A DNA stretch of 64,000 nt from an uncultured SAR116 cluster alpha proteobacterium (GCA_902578805.1 CACHEH010000005.1:5500-69499), one strand, 5' to 3'; shown: positions 30,189 through 39,562, counted from the stretch's first letter. Numbers and translations are program-made. Notes: generated by a model not told the origin, from the sequence alone.

Positions 30189-30242
30189 TTATAATTATAA
30201 AACATTAATTATACAATTATATTTTTATTAAGTTTTTATTAC

Positions 30243-30950
30243 ATGAATTCTAAACTCATTTATTATCAAATTTATGAAGCATTAAAAAAAGATGTGGCGG
30301 ATAACATATACAATTCAGGTGATAAACTACCTTCTGAAAATCATCTTTCAAAAAGATTTGGAGTAAATAGACACACGGTTAGAAGAGCTTTGCAAATATT
30401 AAAAAATGAAGGAATTTTGTTTTCTAAAAGAGGTTCTGGTGTAATTGTTCAAGCTTCTAAGTTAAAATATAAACTTGGAAAAAGAGTAAGATTTTCAGAG
30501 AATATTACTCATGAAAACAATATTCCTAAAACAACAATTATTAGATCAGAGTATAGAAAAGCATTTAAGATAGAAGCTGATAATTTAAAAATAAATTCAA
30601 AAGATGAGATTCTTTTAATAGAAACAACTGGTAAAATTAATAATATTCCAACTATTATAACTAAAAGAATAATTCCAAATAAAAGGTTTCCCAGTTTTCT
30701 AGAAATATTTCAAAAAGAATTATCTGTCACAAACACACTAAAGTTGTTGGGTGTAAATGATTTTATTAGGTCAAACACTAACATAATCGCAGAGCTAGCT
30801 GATAGTATTCAAGCAAATTTACTTGATTGTAAAATTAATAGCCCACTTCTTAAAACAACATATGTGAATCAAGATTTAAATTGTATTCCAATAGAGTTCA
30901 CTCAGACATGGTTTGTTGGCGAAAGAATTCAATTAACATTAGAAGATTAA
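30243..30950 (+). CDS. phnF: GntR/HutC family phosphonate regulator
   Basis: LPSE, FGVNRHTVRRAL, RVRFSEN, UTRA-like C-terminus; divergent from phnG. Confidence 0.93.
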   Translation: MNSKLIYYQIYEALKKDVADNIYNSGDKLPSENHLSKRFGVNRHTVRRALQILKNEGILFSKRGSGVIVQASKLKYKLGKRVRFSENITHENNIPKTTIIRSEYRKAFKIEADNLKINSKDEILLIETTGKINNIPTIITKRIIPNKRFPSFLEIFQKELSVTNTLKLLGVNDFIRSNTNIIAELADSIQANLLDCKINSPLLKTTYVNQDLNCIPIEFTQTWFVGERIQLTLED

Positions 30951-31001
30951 GCTTTTGATATTTGTAATATAAAATTAATAAAATTAAGATAACTAAAATA
31001 T

Positions 31002-32216
31002 ATGAATCAAATACAATCAAATCAATTTTCAGGATATATTTTACAGGGCAGTAAATTTTTGCATCATAATAAAATGCAATCGGGAACCATAACTATTGAA
31101 GATAAATTTTTAACTTCAATTGAAGTTAATAAAACTAATCAATACCCAAAAAAAAATTATCCAGTTATAGATTTGACGGGTTTTTGGGTGTTACCTGGAA
31201 TAATAGACTTACATGGAGATGGATTTGAAAGACAATTATTTCCAAGGCCAGGCGTAAGTTTTGATATGAATGATACTCTTAAAATAGTTGACAAAGAACT
31301 TTCCATTAATGGCATTACTACGGCTTACCTAGCATGTAGCTATAGCTGGGAAGGTAGAATAAGAAGTCCTGAATACGCTAAAATATTTTTAGAAAATCTC
31401 AATAAATACAGACCTTCTATGATAACTAATATAAATGTTCAGGTAAGGTACGAAACGCATCTTGTAGAAAAAGTTCAAGAACTTATTGATTTAATTACAG
31501 AATACAAACTTAATTATGTGGTATTCAACAACCATATACCTGATGCCATAGAAAAAATTCAAAACAAACCAACAGCATTTGCAACATGGGCTAATAAAAT
31601 GTCTATGGAAAAAAGTGAACTTGCAAATATTGTGAATTATCGATTAACAAAAGAAAATGAAGTAAGTGATAGTTTAAAAACATTAAGCAATTTTATGAAA
31701 TCTAATAATATTAAATTTGGTTCGCATGATGATGAAAGCAAAAAGGATAGAAAATGGTTTAGAAGTTTTGGTGCTAATATTTGTGAGTTTCCAACAAGTA
31801 TTTTAGCTGCTAAAGAAGCATACTTCAATAATGAAAATGTAATAATGGGTGCGCCTAATTTAGTCAGAGGTGGTTCACATAATGGAAATATATCTACATT
31901 AGAATTATTAAAACTAGGATACTGTAGTATTCTAGTATCAGATTATTATTATCCATCACTACTCCAGTCAATTTGGTATTTGTTAGATCATAAGATTTGT
32001 TCTATTGAAAATGCATGGGCATTAATATCAGAAAATCCCGCAAAGGCACTAAATATTGACAAAAGAGGAGCTATCAAAGTAGAAAATTATGCAGATTTAG
32101 TAATTATTAACCCAAAAACAAGAGAGATAGAAGCAACAATATGTAATGGAAAGATTGCAAGTGTTTGTAAAAGCGTTGTTGACAGATTTATTAAATCATC
32201 AAATGCAGTATCCTAA
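31002..32216 (+). CDS. phnM: Second PhnM-like amidohydrolase
   Basis: LPGIIDLHGDGFERQ, GSHDD, CEFP, MGAPNLVRGGSH, VSDYYYP. Confidence 0.85.
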   Translation: MNQIQSNQFSGYILQGSKFLHHNKMQSGTITIEDKFLTSIEVNKTNQYPKKNYPVIDLTGFWVLPGIIDLHGDGFERQLFPRPGVSFDMNDTLKIVDKELSINGITTAYLACSYSWEGRIRSPEYAKIFLENLNKYRPSMITNINVQVRYETHLVEKVQELIDLITEYKLNYVVFNNHIPDAIEKIQNKPTAFATWANKMSMEKSELANIVNYRLTKENEVSDSLKTLSNFMKSNNIKFGSHDDESKKDRKWFRSFGANICEFPTSILAAKEAYFNNENVIMGAPNLVRGGSHNGNISTLELLKLGYCSILVSDYYYPSLLQSIWYLLDHKICSIENAWALISENPAKALNIDKRGAIKVENYADLVIINPKTREIEATICNGKIASVCKSVVDRFIKSSNAVS

Positions 32217-32217
32217 T

Positions 32218-32832
32218 CTATTTATATTTTGATATAAAATCTTCAACACTTAAAGTTCTAAAGTCGTCTAAGGAAGATCCTATTTTCTCATGAGACCAAT
32301 TCCACCATTGAATTTCAGACAATTGAATTGCAATTTTTTCTGAAAACCTTCTTCTAATAATTTTAGCGGGATTTCCTGCTACAATAGTATAACTTTCCAC
32401 ATCTTTGGTAACAACAGAACCAGCTCCAATTATAGCACCATCCCCAACTGTAATGTCAGGTTTAACAATAGCAGCATGTCCTATCCATGTGTCATTGCCA
32501 ATTATAGTTTTTCTGGAATATCGGTTTTTAAAAAAATCTTTGTCATGTTCTTTGTCTTCCCAATAGTCAGTTGATCTATATAAAAAATGATGAAGACTTG
32601 CTTTTTCCATTGGATGGTCCGTTGGACCTATTCTAACAGAGCTTGCAATATTAGAAAATTTTTTTATGTCTGTATTGGCTATATCACAAAATCTTGTACA
32701 ATAAGAATAGTCACCGAAATTAGAATTTGAAATAATAGAATATTCACCTATTTCAACAAATGAACCAAAATCACTGTCTACAACTTGACAATCTGAGTGA
32801 ATTAAAGGTCTGTTTTTATCAAGTTTTTTCAT
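32218..32832 (-). CDS. Hexapeptide-repeat acetyltransferase of phosphonate clusters (CAT/DapH-like)
   Basis: FGDYSYC, HPMEKASLHHF, IGNDTWIGH, IVAGNPAK, WWNWSH. Confidence 0.9.
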   Translation of the reverse strand: MKKLDKNRPLIHSDCQVVDSDFGSFVEIGEYSIISNSNFGDYSYCTRFCDIANTDIKKFSNIASSVRIGPTDHPMEKASLHHFLYRSTDYWEDKEHDKDFFKNRYSRKTIIGNDTWIGHAAIVKPDITVGDGAIIGAGSVVTKDVESYTIVAGNPAKIIRRRFSEKIAIQLSEIQWWNWSHEKIGSSLDDFRTLSVEDFISKYK

Positions 32833-32909
32833 GTTAATAACTAGGTGCTAAAAAAATAAAAACATTGAGATATGTTAACTCTAGTATATTCAATCGTTAC
32901 TCCTATCTT

Positions 32910-33830
32910 TTAAAAAATTTCATCTAACCAGTAAGGATTAGACCAAGCATATTTACCATACTCGTTTAATACTGTTACTCTAAAAAAACTTGTATCAAGC
33001 TTATTTAAATCAAATTTGGCACTTGTAATGTTGTAACCATTTTTGGAAAGGCAGGTATTAGAGGAGCCTGAAATAATTATGTGTGAAGCTGGACTACATT
33101 GTATTAAGAGTTCATTATCATCAAGATCTATATTATATATTGCTATCCCTGTAGAAGAGTAATAATTGCCATTTTTAAGAGAATATAAAATATCTTGTAT
33201 AGACAGGTTTTTGCATTTTACGAATACCCAACCTCCTAAAGCATCTTCTTTATGAAAATGCGAATCGTCAGATGCAGTTAGTAAAATTTTTTTATTATTA
33301 TTTAGTAGGAAGTCAGCTGTAGCTATACCACTACCTCTATTTGAGCTAATTGTTGCGGCGTGATTATAGATTTCAACTGCGTGAGCATTACTTACTTTAA
33401 TGGCCTCATCAGAAGATAATGAATACCACTCTGGATGAGCTATTGTTACAAATGCTCCAGTCTCTATGATTCTGTTAAGTAGTTCATCTACTGTTTCGTT
33501 ATCAGATGCAATTTTGAAATCTAAAGGCAAACCGTTAGCAACAAGATGCCACAAGCCAGCTCTTTCGTACTTTTTTCCTTTTACATGAATTTCAGCACTT
33601 GGAATTGTAATAAAATCTTTAAAATTAAAATCAGAAACATCATTTACACTTTCTGCAGCAAATCTCTTATCATGCCATAAATGATCAGAAAGACATGTAA
33701 AATCATAGCCATATGATTTGTAAAACTCAATCACAGTTTTTGGTTTAAGCAGTCCGTCAGAGTAATCGCTATGTCCATGCAAATTGCCTTTGTAAAATAT
33801 TCCAGATTTGTCAAATGGTTTTAATTTCAT
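32910..33830 (-). CDS. PHP-domain metallophosphoesterase (CehA/McbA-like annotation family)
   Basis: KGNLHGHS-x-x-SDG, LSDH, AHPEW, VEIYN, SDDSH metal-binding motifs. Confidence 0.82.
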   Translation of the reverse strand: MKLKPFDKSGIFYKGNLHGHSDYSDGLLKPKTVIEFYKSYGYDFTCLSDHLWHDKRFAAESVNDVSDFNFKDFITIPSAEIHVKGKKYERAGLWHLVANGLPLDFKIASDNETVDELLNRIIETGAFVTIAHPEWYSLSSDEAIKVSNAHAVEIYNHAATISSNRGSGIATADFLLNNNKKILLTASDDSHFHKEDALGGWVFVKCKNLSIQDILYSLKNGNYYSSTGIAIYNIDLDDNELLIQCSPASHIIISGSSNTCLSKNGYNITSAKFDLNKLDTSFFRVTVLNEYGKYAWSNPYWLDEIF

Positions 33831-33911
33831 ACTATCCCCTTTTTTAGAAGATCATTACGAAATAATTTTTCATTTTTTTAACAAATATTTTAATAAAAAA
33901 TTAAATTTCAA

Positions 33912-34376
33912 TTACCAGAATTTCCACCATGGCTTATCTTTTGTACCATTAGAAGAGTTTGTATCTTTTAGAGGTTCGATATCTTTTTTAACAGTTTCTA
34001 ATCCACCTGTACCAGTTTGGCCAAATTTTTCCGAGGCAGCTTTTTTTGCGATTTCGTATGCTTCTGTTAATTTTACTTTAGCTTCCTCAGGTTTTTTTTG
34101 TGCACACATTTCAAAACCTTCTAACAGCATTTTTTCGACTGTATCAGCGTCAGATTTATCTATTCTAGGTAACTCTAATCTTATTCTAGCTCTTAACATA
34201 AGAAGGTTAACATCATCACATTTATCTATAAGTTTTTGAAAAATTTCTTCTGTATTAACTAATGTTCCAGCTTCCTGAGAAGACACCTCATTGCTTATAT
34301 TTTTTGTATCTTTGCTTTGAGCTTGAACAAGTAACGGGTAAATTAAAAAAACTATTATTAAAATATATCTATTCAT
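33912..34376 (-). CDS. Hypothetical exported protein
   Basis: Signal peptide (VQA-Q), two Cys, C-terminal KPWWKFW; AAGGA RBS, 10 bp after phnE stop. Confidence 0.7.
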   Translation of the reverse strand: MNRYILIIVFLIYPLLVQAQSKDTKNISNEVSSQEAGTLVNTEEIFQKLIDKCDDVNLLMLRARIRLELPRIDKSDADTVEKMLLEGFEMCAQKKPEEAKVKLTEAYEIAKKAASEKFGQTGTGGLETVKKDIEPLKDTNSSNGTKDKPWWKFW

Positions 34377-34386
34377 AGTAAATCCT

Positions 34387-35745
34387 TTATTTCTTATCCT
34401 CTATACCAATTAATAATCTTCTTAGTTTGGCTGACATAGTATCAATGCACATTACAGCAACTAAAACTAAAATTGCCATGTAAGCAACGTTTTCAAAATC
34501 ATTTCCAGTCATTAATGCCCCAAGGAAATGTAAGCCTATACCTCCAGCACCCATTGCCCCAATAATAACGGCAGCTCTTGTGTTAGACTCTAGGTAATAT
34601 AAACTTTGTGAAATGAAAATTGGTAGTATTTGTGGAATGATACCAAATCTATGTTGAAGAACTTTGTTTGCACCAGTTGACTGGATACCTTCTTTATCTT
34701 TTTTATCAGTATTTTCTATAGCTTCAGACATTAATTTACCAAGAGTGCCTGTGTCTGTAAATGCGATTGCAAAAATTCCGGTAAAAAGTCCAGGACCGAA
34801 AGCTCTAAGGAATATTAAACTCCAAATTAACATATCTATTCCGCGAAGCATGTCGAAGAGTCTTCTCAGAAAAAACCTTATTGAGGAAAGTGGAGTAACA
34901 TTGTAAGCAGCAAGAAAAGCTAGTGGAAGACCAACCATTGAGGCAATTAATGTTCCAAGAATGGCCATTAATAATGTTTCAACCATAGCAAACAAAACGG
35001 TGTTGTGGTGCCATATTTCATTTTCTAAAAATTCATTTACAACAAGATTAAAATTTGAAATTTTTGGATCTACTCTGTCTTCATTAAACATAAGTGATAT
35101 AGCGTCAAGAAATCCCTTTCCAACAAGAGGGCTATCGAAATCAAACCAAAAATATTTCCATCCTAACTCGTATCTATGAACTTCGACTTTTGATCCATAT
35201 ACCTGAAGCCTTTCATATAAAGAAGGTCTCACTTCGACTTTATTTTCAGTTGCACGCATCCAACTTGGCAACATACTTTCCTTTCCAACATACCCATCAA
35301 CATAAGGTTTACCATTTTTATTAAGCTTAAAAATGAATGGTTCATTGATATTAGGAAAATTTCTCATTTCCACTCTATTTGGAAAGAAAACAAACTGACC
35401 ACCATTATCAAAGTTAACAATTGTAGATTGATTATTTTTATTTCTAATAAGCCAAGTGGGATCATCTTTATAAACATGCCTATGACCACCCTCAAATCTT
35501 ACATCAATTTTCTGAGGATCTTTCCAATTCATTTTTATATGGTCTTTGTGAGCATATATATCTAACATAAACATAGACGCTCGATCTTTATTCCACTTTT
35601 TAGCTAAGTTAGGTAGATCAAAGTGTATTATTGACCCAATTAAATAAACCATAAACATAAATCCAGTTATAATAAGAATTCTAATATGTTTTTTATGTTT
35701 TAGATCAACTGCATCAATAACATTTTGATTTAATACTTGCTCCAT
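34387..35745 (-). CDS. phnE: Phosphonate ABC permease PhnE with large soluble insertion
   Basis: C-terminal ETLLMAILGT, GTLGKLMSEAIEN, ESNTRAA motifs; about 200 aa hydrophilic region after first TM. Confidence 0.9.
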   Translation of the reverse strand: MEQVLNQNVIDAVDLKHKKHIRILIITGFMFMVYLIGSIIHFDLPNLAKKWNKDRASMFMLDIYAHKDHIKMNWKDPQKIDVRFEGGHRHVYKDDPTWLIRNKNNQSTIVNFDNGGQFVFFPNRVEMRNFPNINEPFIFKLNKNGKPYVDGYVGKESMLPSWMRATENKVEVRPSLYERLQVYGSKVEVHRYELGWKYFWFDFDSPLVGKGFLDAISLMFNEDRVDPKISNFNLVVNEFLENEIWHHNTVLFAMVETLLMAILGTLIASMVGLPLAFLAAYNVTPLSSIRFFLRRLFDMLRGIDMLIWSLIFLRAFGPGLFTGIFAIAFTDTGTLGKLMSEAIENTDKKDKEGIQSTGANKVLQHRFGIIPQILPIFISQSLYYLESNTRAAVIIGAMGAGGIGLHFLGALMTGNDFENVAYMAILVLVAVMCIDTMSAKLRRLLIGIEDKK

Positions 35746-36599
35746 TACTTATTGTCTCCAATTAATCTACCCCTAAGAAATCTGGAGAAATAATCTAAGG
35801 AAATTATAGTGATAACTAATAAAAACATAATAGCTATAATTTCGTCTCCATATCTAAACTGAATTACAGCAGACAATGCTTCTCCAATACCTCCAGCACC
35901 TACAAAACCAAGGATGGTTGACGCTCTTACATTAATTTCTAACCTCAGAAGGGTGTATGAGATAAACAAAGGTATTACTTGAGGAATAACTGCAAATCTA
36001 ACTCGTTGCCACCAACTTGCTCCACAAGATTGTAAACCTTCAATTGGTTTATTATCAGCATTTTCAATAGCTTCAGAGAATAATTTTCCTAGAGCTCCAG
36101 CAGTATGAATTACTATTGCAATAACTGCAGGTAATTCTGATTTTCCCATCAGATACAAAAATATCATAGCAATAACCAACTCAGGAAATGATCTCAAAAT
36201 GTCCATGGTTCTTCTTGAGAAAGTAACTATATATTGGTTTTTAATTAAATTTTTACTTGCAAACAGGCTCAAGAGAAGAGCAAAAATTGCCCCGAATAGT
36301 GTTGAAAAAAAAGCCATGTTTATTGTTGATATTAAATCTGGAAGATATTTGAATACATATGCATACCATCTCCAACCAGACTCAAATGCTTCTTTGAAAA
36401 GATCAACAGGGTAGTCAAAAAATTTACTCAATCCCCTTTGAAAGCTTCCTGCATTATTTTCTTCTGCTATTGTAAGTCCACTGGAAAGAAGAAATAAAAT
36501 AGCCAAAATGCTTATGAAAGAATAAATTAATCTTTTAAAAGCCATTGCTTTTAGGTTTTTCTCAATTGTCTCAAAACCTAAAATATTGTCTGAATACAT
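35745..36599 (-). CDS. phnE: Phosphonate ABC permease PhnE
   Basis: RSFPELV, GALGKLFSEAIEN, RLEINVRASTILGFVGAGGIG. Confidence 0.94.
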   Translation of the reverse strand: MYSDNILGFETIEKNLKAMAFKRLIYSFISILAILFLLSSGLTIAEENNAGSFQRGLSKFFDYPVDLFKEAFESGWRWYAYVFKYLPDLISTINMAFFSTLFGAIFALLLSLFASKNLIKNQYIVTFSRRTMDILRSFPELVIAMIFLYLMGKSELPAVIAIVIHTAGALGKLFSEAIENADNKPIEGLQSCGASWWQRVRFAVIPQVIPLFISYTLLRLEINVRASTILGFVGAGGIGEALSAVIQFRYGDEIIAIMFLLVITIISLDYFSRFLRGRLIGDNK

Positions 36600-36642
36600 T
36601 ATACTTCCAACTATAATATTATTATTGATTGAGTTAATAAAG

Positions 36643-36677
36643 TATGCAAAAGACAGCTAATTACTGTCTTTTGCATA
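36643..36677 (-). terminator. Strong hairpin after phnD (attenuator/stabiliser)
   Basis: Perfect 14-bp inverted repeat TATGCAAAAGACAG / CTGTCTTTTGCATA with 7-nt loop; only a short U tract follows. Confidence 0.7.
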
Positions 36678-36684
36678 TTAGTAA

Positions 36685-37644
36685 TTAGCCTTTTTTCTTC
36701 TTGGCTTCTAATTTTGCTTTTCTAGCTTTTACAATTACTTCATAGAAACTATGATCAACTGGAACCCAAGCTTTTACAATGCCATTTGCAACATCTTCAC
36801 TGCATTTTGGATCATTTTTGTGTATCCATTGCTTCAATCCAACCATAACATCTCTAGCTTCCTGTGGTAATTTCTTTGGCATTACAATCGGGCCATTAGG
36901 AATTAACTTTGATGACCAAACCTGAACTAGGTCGTCCATATTTAAGATACCTTTATCAACCATTTTTCTTAAATTACCAGATGAGTATCCTTCTTCCCAT
37001 TTACCAACACCAGATACCCATGTAACACCAGCATCAACGTCTCCATTTAAAACAGCTAATACATTGTTTTCGTGTCCGCCAGAAAACTGTGTTTTTGAGA
37101 AGTAAGTATTAATATTAACATTATATAATTCTGGTAATTCAATAGATGGGATTAGATATCCAGAAGTAGAATTAGGATCAGCAAAACCTAATTTTTTTCC
37201 TTTAAGATCATCTAGAGATTTAATACCTGAATCTTTCCTAGCTACCATTACCGAATAATATCCAGTATCGCCAGTAGGTTGCATTCTAGTTAAAATTGGC
37301 ACAACGGCATTTGGATCTTGTAGATAAATTCCAGCATAGCCAGAAGAACCAAACCATGTGTAATCAAGGTTGCCACCAAGCATTGATTCCATGGTTCCAG
37401 CATAATCTTTGAATGTAAACAATTTAGCTGGTACACTATATGCTTTTTCAACATAATCTTTTAGACATCCATTTCTTGCAATGATATCTTGGGATGCTTC
37501 ATCTCCAAGAAAACCAATTCTGAACTCAGGCTGAAATTTACTGAGGTCCATTTTTGGTCCATCGTATTTTTTATCTGCATTAGCTGCAGAAACCATTAAA
37601 AAAGCGGTCACTACAGCTAAAAAACTATATAATTTTTTTAACAT
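36685..37644 (-). CDS. phnD: Phosphonate ABC substrate-binding protein
   Basis: Signal peptide (ANA-D), GYYSV, FADPNSTSGYLIP, FSGGHE, IPNGP. Confidence 0.94.
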   Translation of the reverse strand: MLKKLYSFLAVVTAFLMVSAANADKKYDGPKMDLSKFQPEFRIGFLGDEASQDIIARNGCLKDYVEKAYSVPAKLFTFKDYAGTMESMLGGNLDYTWFGSSGYAGIYLQDPNAVVPILTRMQPTGDTGYYSVMVARKDSGIKSLDDLKGKKLGFADPNSTSGYLIPSIELPELYNVNINTYFSKTQFSGGHENNVLAVLNGDVDAGVTWVSGVGKWEEGYSSGNLRKMVDKGILNMDDLVQVWSSKLIPNGPIVMPKKLPQEARDVMVGLKQWIHKNDPKCSEDVANGIVKAWVPVDHSFYEVIVKARKAKLEAKKKKG

Positions 37645-37691
37645 TTATGTTTCTCCATTGATTTAAGTTTGGTCTTCTAATTTTCATAAGT

Positions 37692-38495
37692 TCATGCAGT
37701 CTTCTTAATATCTGCGCTCTCTAATGAAACTGATGTCATAGTGCCTTCAAAAGCTTCGTCAGCTTCAGCACCATAAATTTCTCTAGCTTTTTGATTTGTA
37801 AGTTTTGATGGTAAATCATCAAACACTATTTCTCCGTTCTGCATACCAATAATACGATCACAATACTGCTTTGCAGTATCTAGAGTATGTAGGTTACAAA
37901 TCACTGTGATATTTTGTTCATCATGAATTTTTCTAAGAGATTCCATAACAAGTCTAGCATTTAAAGGATCTAATGAAGCTATAGGTTCATCCGCAAGGAT
38001 TAGTTTAGGGTCTTGCATCATAGCTCTACATATTGCAACTCTTTGTTGCTGACCACCGGACAGTGTTTCAGCTCTTTGTAGAGCAGTCTGTATCATGCCA
38101 AATTTGTCTAATAAGTTTAATGCGGCATATCTTTCTTCAGATGTAAAAAGTTTTAGACTAGCACGTACAGTAGACATCTCATTCAATTTGCCTAAAATAA
38201 CATTTGTAAGAACATCCAATCTTGGAACAAGATTAAACTGTTGAAATATCATGGCACAATTTTTTTGCCATGCGAGTTTATCCTTTTTCTTCAAATCTAA
38301 TATATTTTGATCTTGGAAAAGAATTTCGCCAGAGGTAGCGTCAGTGAGTCTGTTTATTGTTCTTAATAATGTAGATTTACCAGCACCTGATCTTCCAATA
38401 ATTCCAATCATTGAGGAATTTTCAACATTTATCGATACATTATTAACAGCTTTAACTTGATCAAAATATTTAGAAATATTAATTATTTTAAGCAT
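37692..38495 (-). CDS. phnC: Phosphonate ABC ATP-binding protein
   Basis: GRSGAGKST, IFQQFNLVPRL, LSGGQQQRVAI, ADEPIASLDP. Confidence 0.95.
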   Translation of the reverse strand: MLKIINISKYFDQVKAVNNVSINVENSSMIGIIGRSGAGKSTLLRTINRLTDATSGEILFQDQNILDLKKKDKLAWQKNCAMIFQQFNLVPRLDVLTNVILGKLNEMSTVRASLKLFTSEERYAALNLLDKFGMIQTALQRAETLSGGQQQRVAICRAMMQDPKLILADEPIASLDPLNARLVMESLRKIHDEQNITVICNLHTLDTAKQYCDRIIGMQNGEIVFDDLPSKLTNQKAREIYGAEADEAFEGTMTSVSLESADIKKTA

Positions 38496-38534
38496 AAAAA
38501 ATCTCCATGATTCTCTACTTTTTGATCTTCAAAT

Positions 38535-38574
38535 ATTTCAGTTTTGTTTAATTTTTATTTCTAAATTGTTAAAT
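38535..38574 (-). promoter_or_regulatory. Putative Pho box array upstream of phnC
   Basis: Minus strand ATTTAAC-AATT-TAGAAAT-AAAA-ATTAAAC-AAAA-CTGAAAT, four units at 11-bp period. Confidence 0.55.
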
Positions 38575-38691
38575 TAAAATTTAGTTATAGAAATCAGTAG
38601 TTTAATTATAGAAAAAAATTATTTTTTATTTGAATGTTATATGAATGATCAAAATAAAAAATAAATTTTTGATGATTAAAGAATCATCTTG

Positions 38692-39264
38692 TTAACATTT
38701 CCAATTTAAAACAAAGTTTTTTTGCTCATCTGTATCAATTGATCCTGGTCTATATTTTCTTATAAATTTAATGGCATCTTTTGTGGATATTCCTAATTTA
38801 GCCAATAATAATGATGCGATTGTACCAGTTCTACCTAATCCCGCCTTACAATGTATGATAATATTTTTTTCTTTTTTTAAAAAATTTTCTAGATCCGAGA
38901 GAAGTAAATTTAACTTTAAAAGTGAATTTTTAGTAGGTATATTAAAATCATTAATTGGAAAATGTAACCAAATGAAATTATTTAATTTAATTTCCTTTAT
39001 TAAATTTCCACATCCTAGTGATTTTAATTCTGATGTTTCCGTGAGAGATAAAACAACATTAACGTTATGATTTTTAAAAATTTTCAATGTTTTTTGAATC
39101 CCAATAATTTGATTATTAGTATCTAATAAAGTGCCAGGACAACCACATAATCCTAACTTTCCAAAATTTTGAGAATAATGAAATTCATTAAAGAAAATAT
39201 TTTTTAATGGTAACCATGTAATTAGATCATCTTTGGCCAATTCATATATTGATTTAATTTCCAT
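38692..39264 (-). CDS. CX5R protein-tyrosine/dual-specificity phosphatase (CDKN3-like)
   Basis: IHCKAGLGRTG P-loop, LHFPIND, RPGSIDT-x-EQ. Confidence 0.9.
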   Translation of the reverse strand: MEIKSIYELAKDDLITWLPLKNIFFNEFHYSQNFGKLGLCGCPGTLLDTNNQIIGIQKTLKIFKNHNVNVVLSLTETSELKSLGCGNLIKEIKLNNFIWLHFPINDFNIPTKNSLLKLNLLLSDLENFLKKEKNIIIHCKAGLGRTGTIASLLLAKLGISTKDAIKFIRKYRPGSIDTDEQKNFVLNWKC

Positions 39265-39286
39265 ATATATAATTATATTGTTATTG

Positions 39287-39304
39287 ATTACAAAAATATT
39301 AAAG
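39287..39304 (-). promoter_or_regulatory. Putative Pho box upstream of the CX5R phosphatase
   Basis: Minus strand CTTTAAT-ATTT-TTGTAAT. Confidence 0.55.
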
Positions 39305-39562
39305 TTTATTTTATTAATTGAAATTTGGTTATTATCAATGTGAATAGACTGTAATAACTCTTATATTTTATCCCAATATTTGCGCCAATCTTTATCCAAA
39401 TGTCCGTGGTTATTTTTAAAAAATTTTAGATTAAGAACTTGAAAGATTCTTCAAGACTAGTTTCAAGGCATAATTATCATTTTTTGCAAAGAAATGACTA
39501 AGTTAATTATGAAATACATGATATTAAAATTTTATAAAATTATATTCTTCAAGGTTTAATCA

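Noticed and set aside
33854-33871. Pho-like half-site TCGTAAT upstream of the PHP gene
   Set aside because: No convincing second half-site at 11-bp spacing
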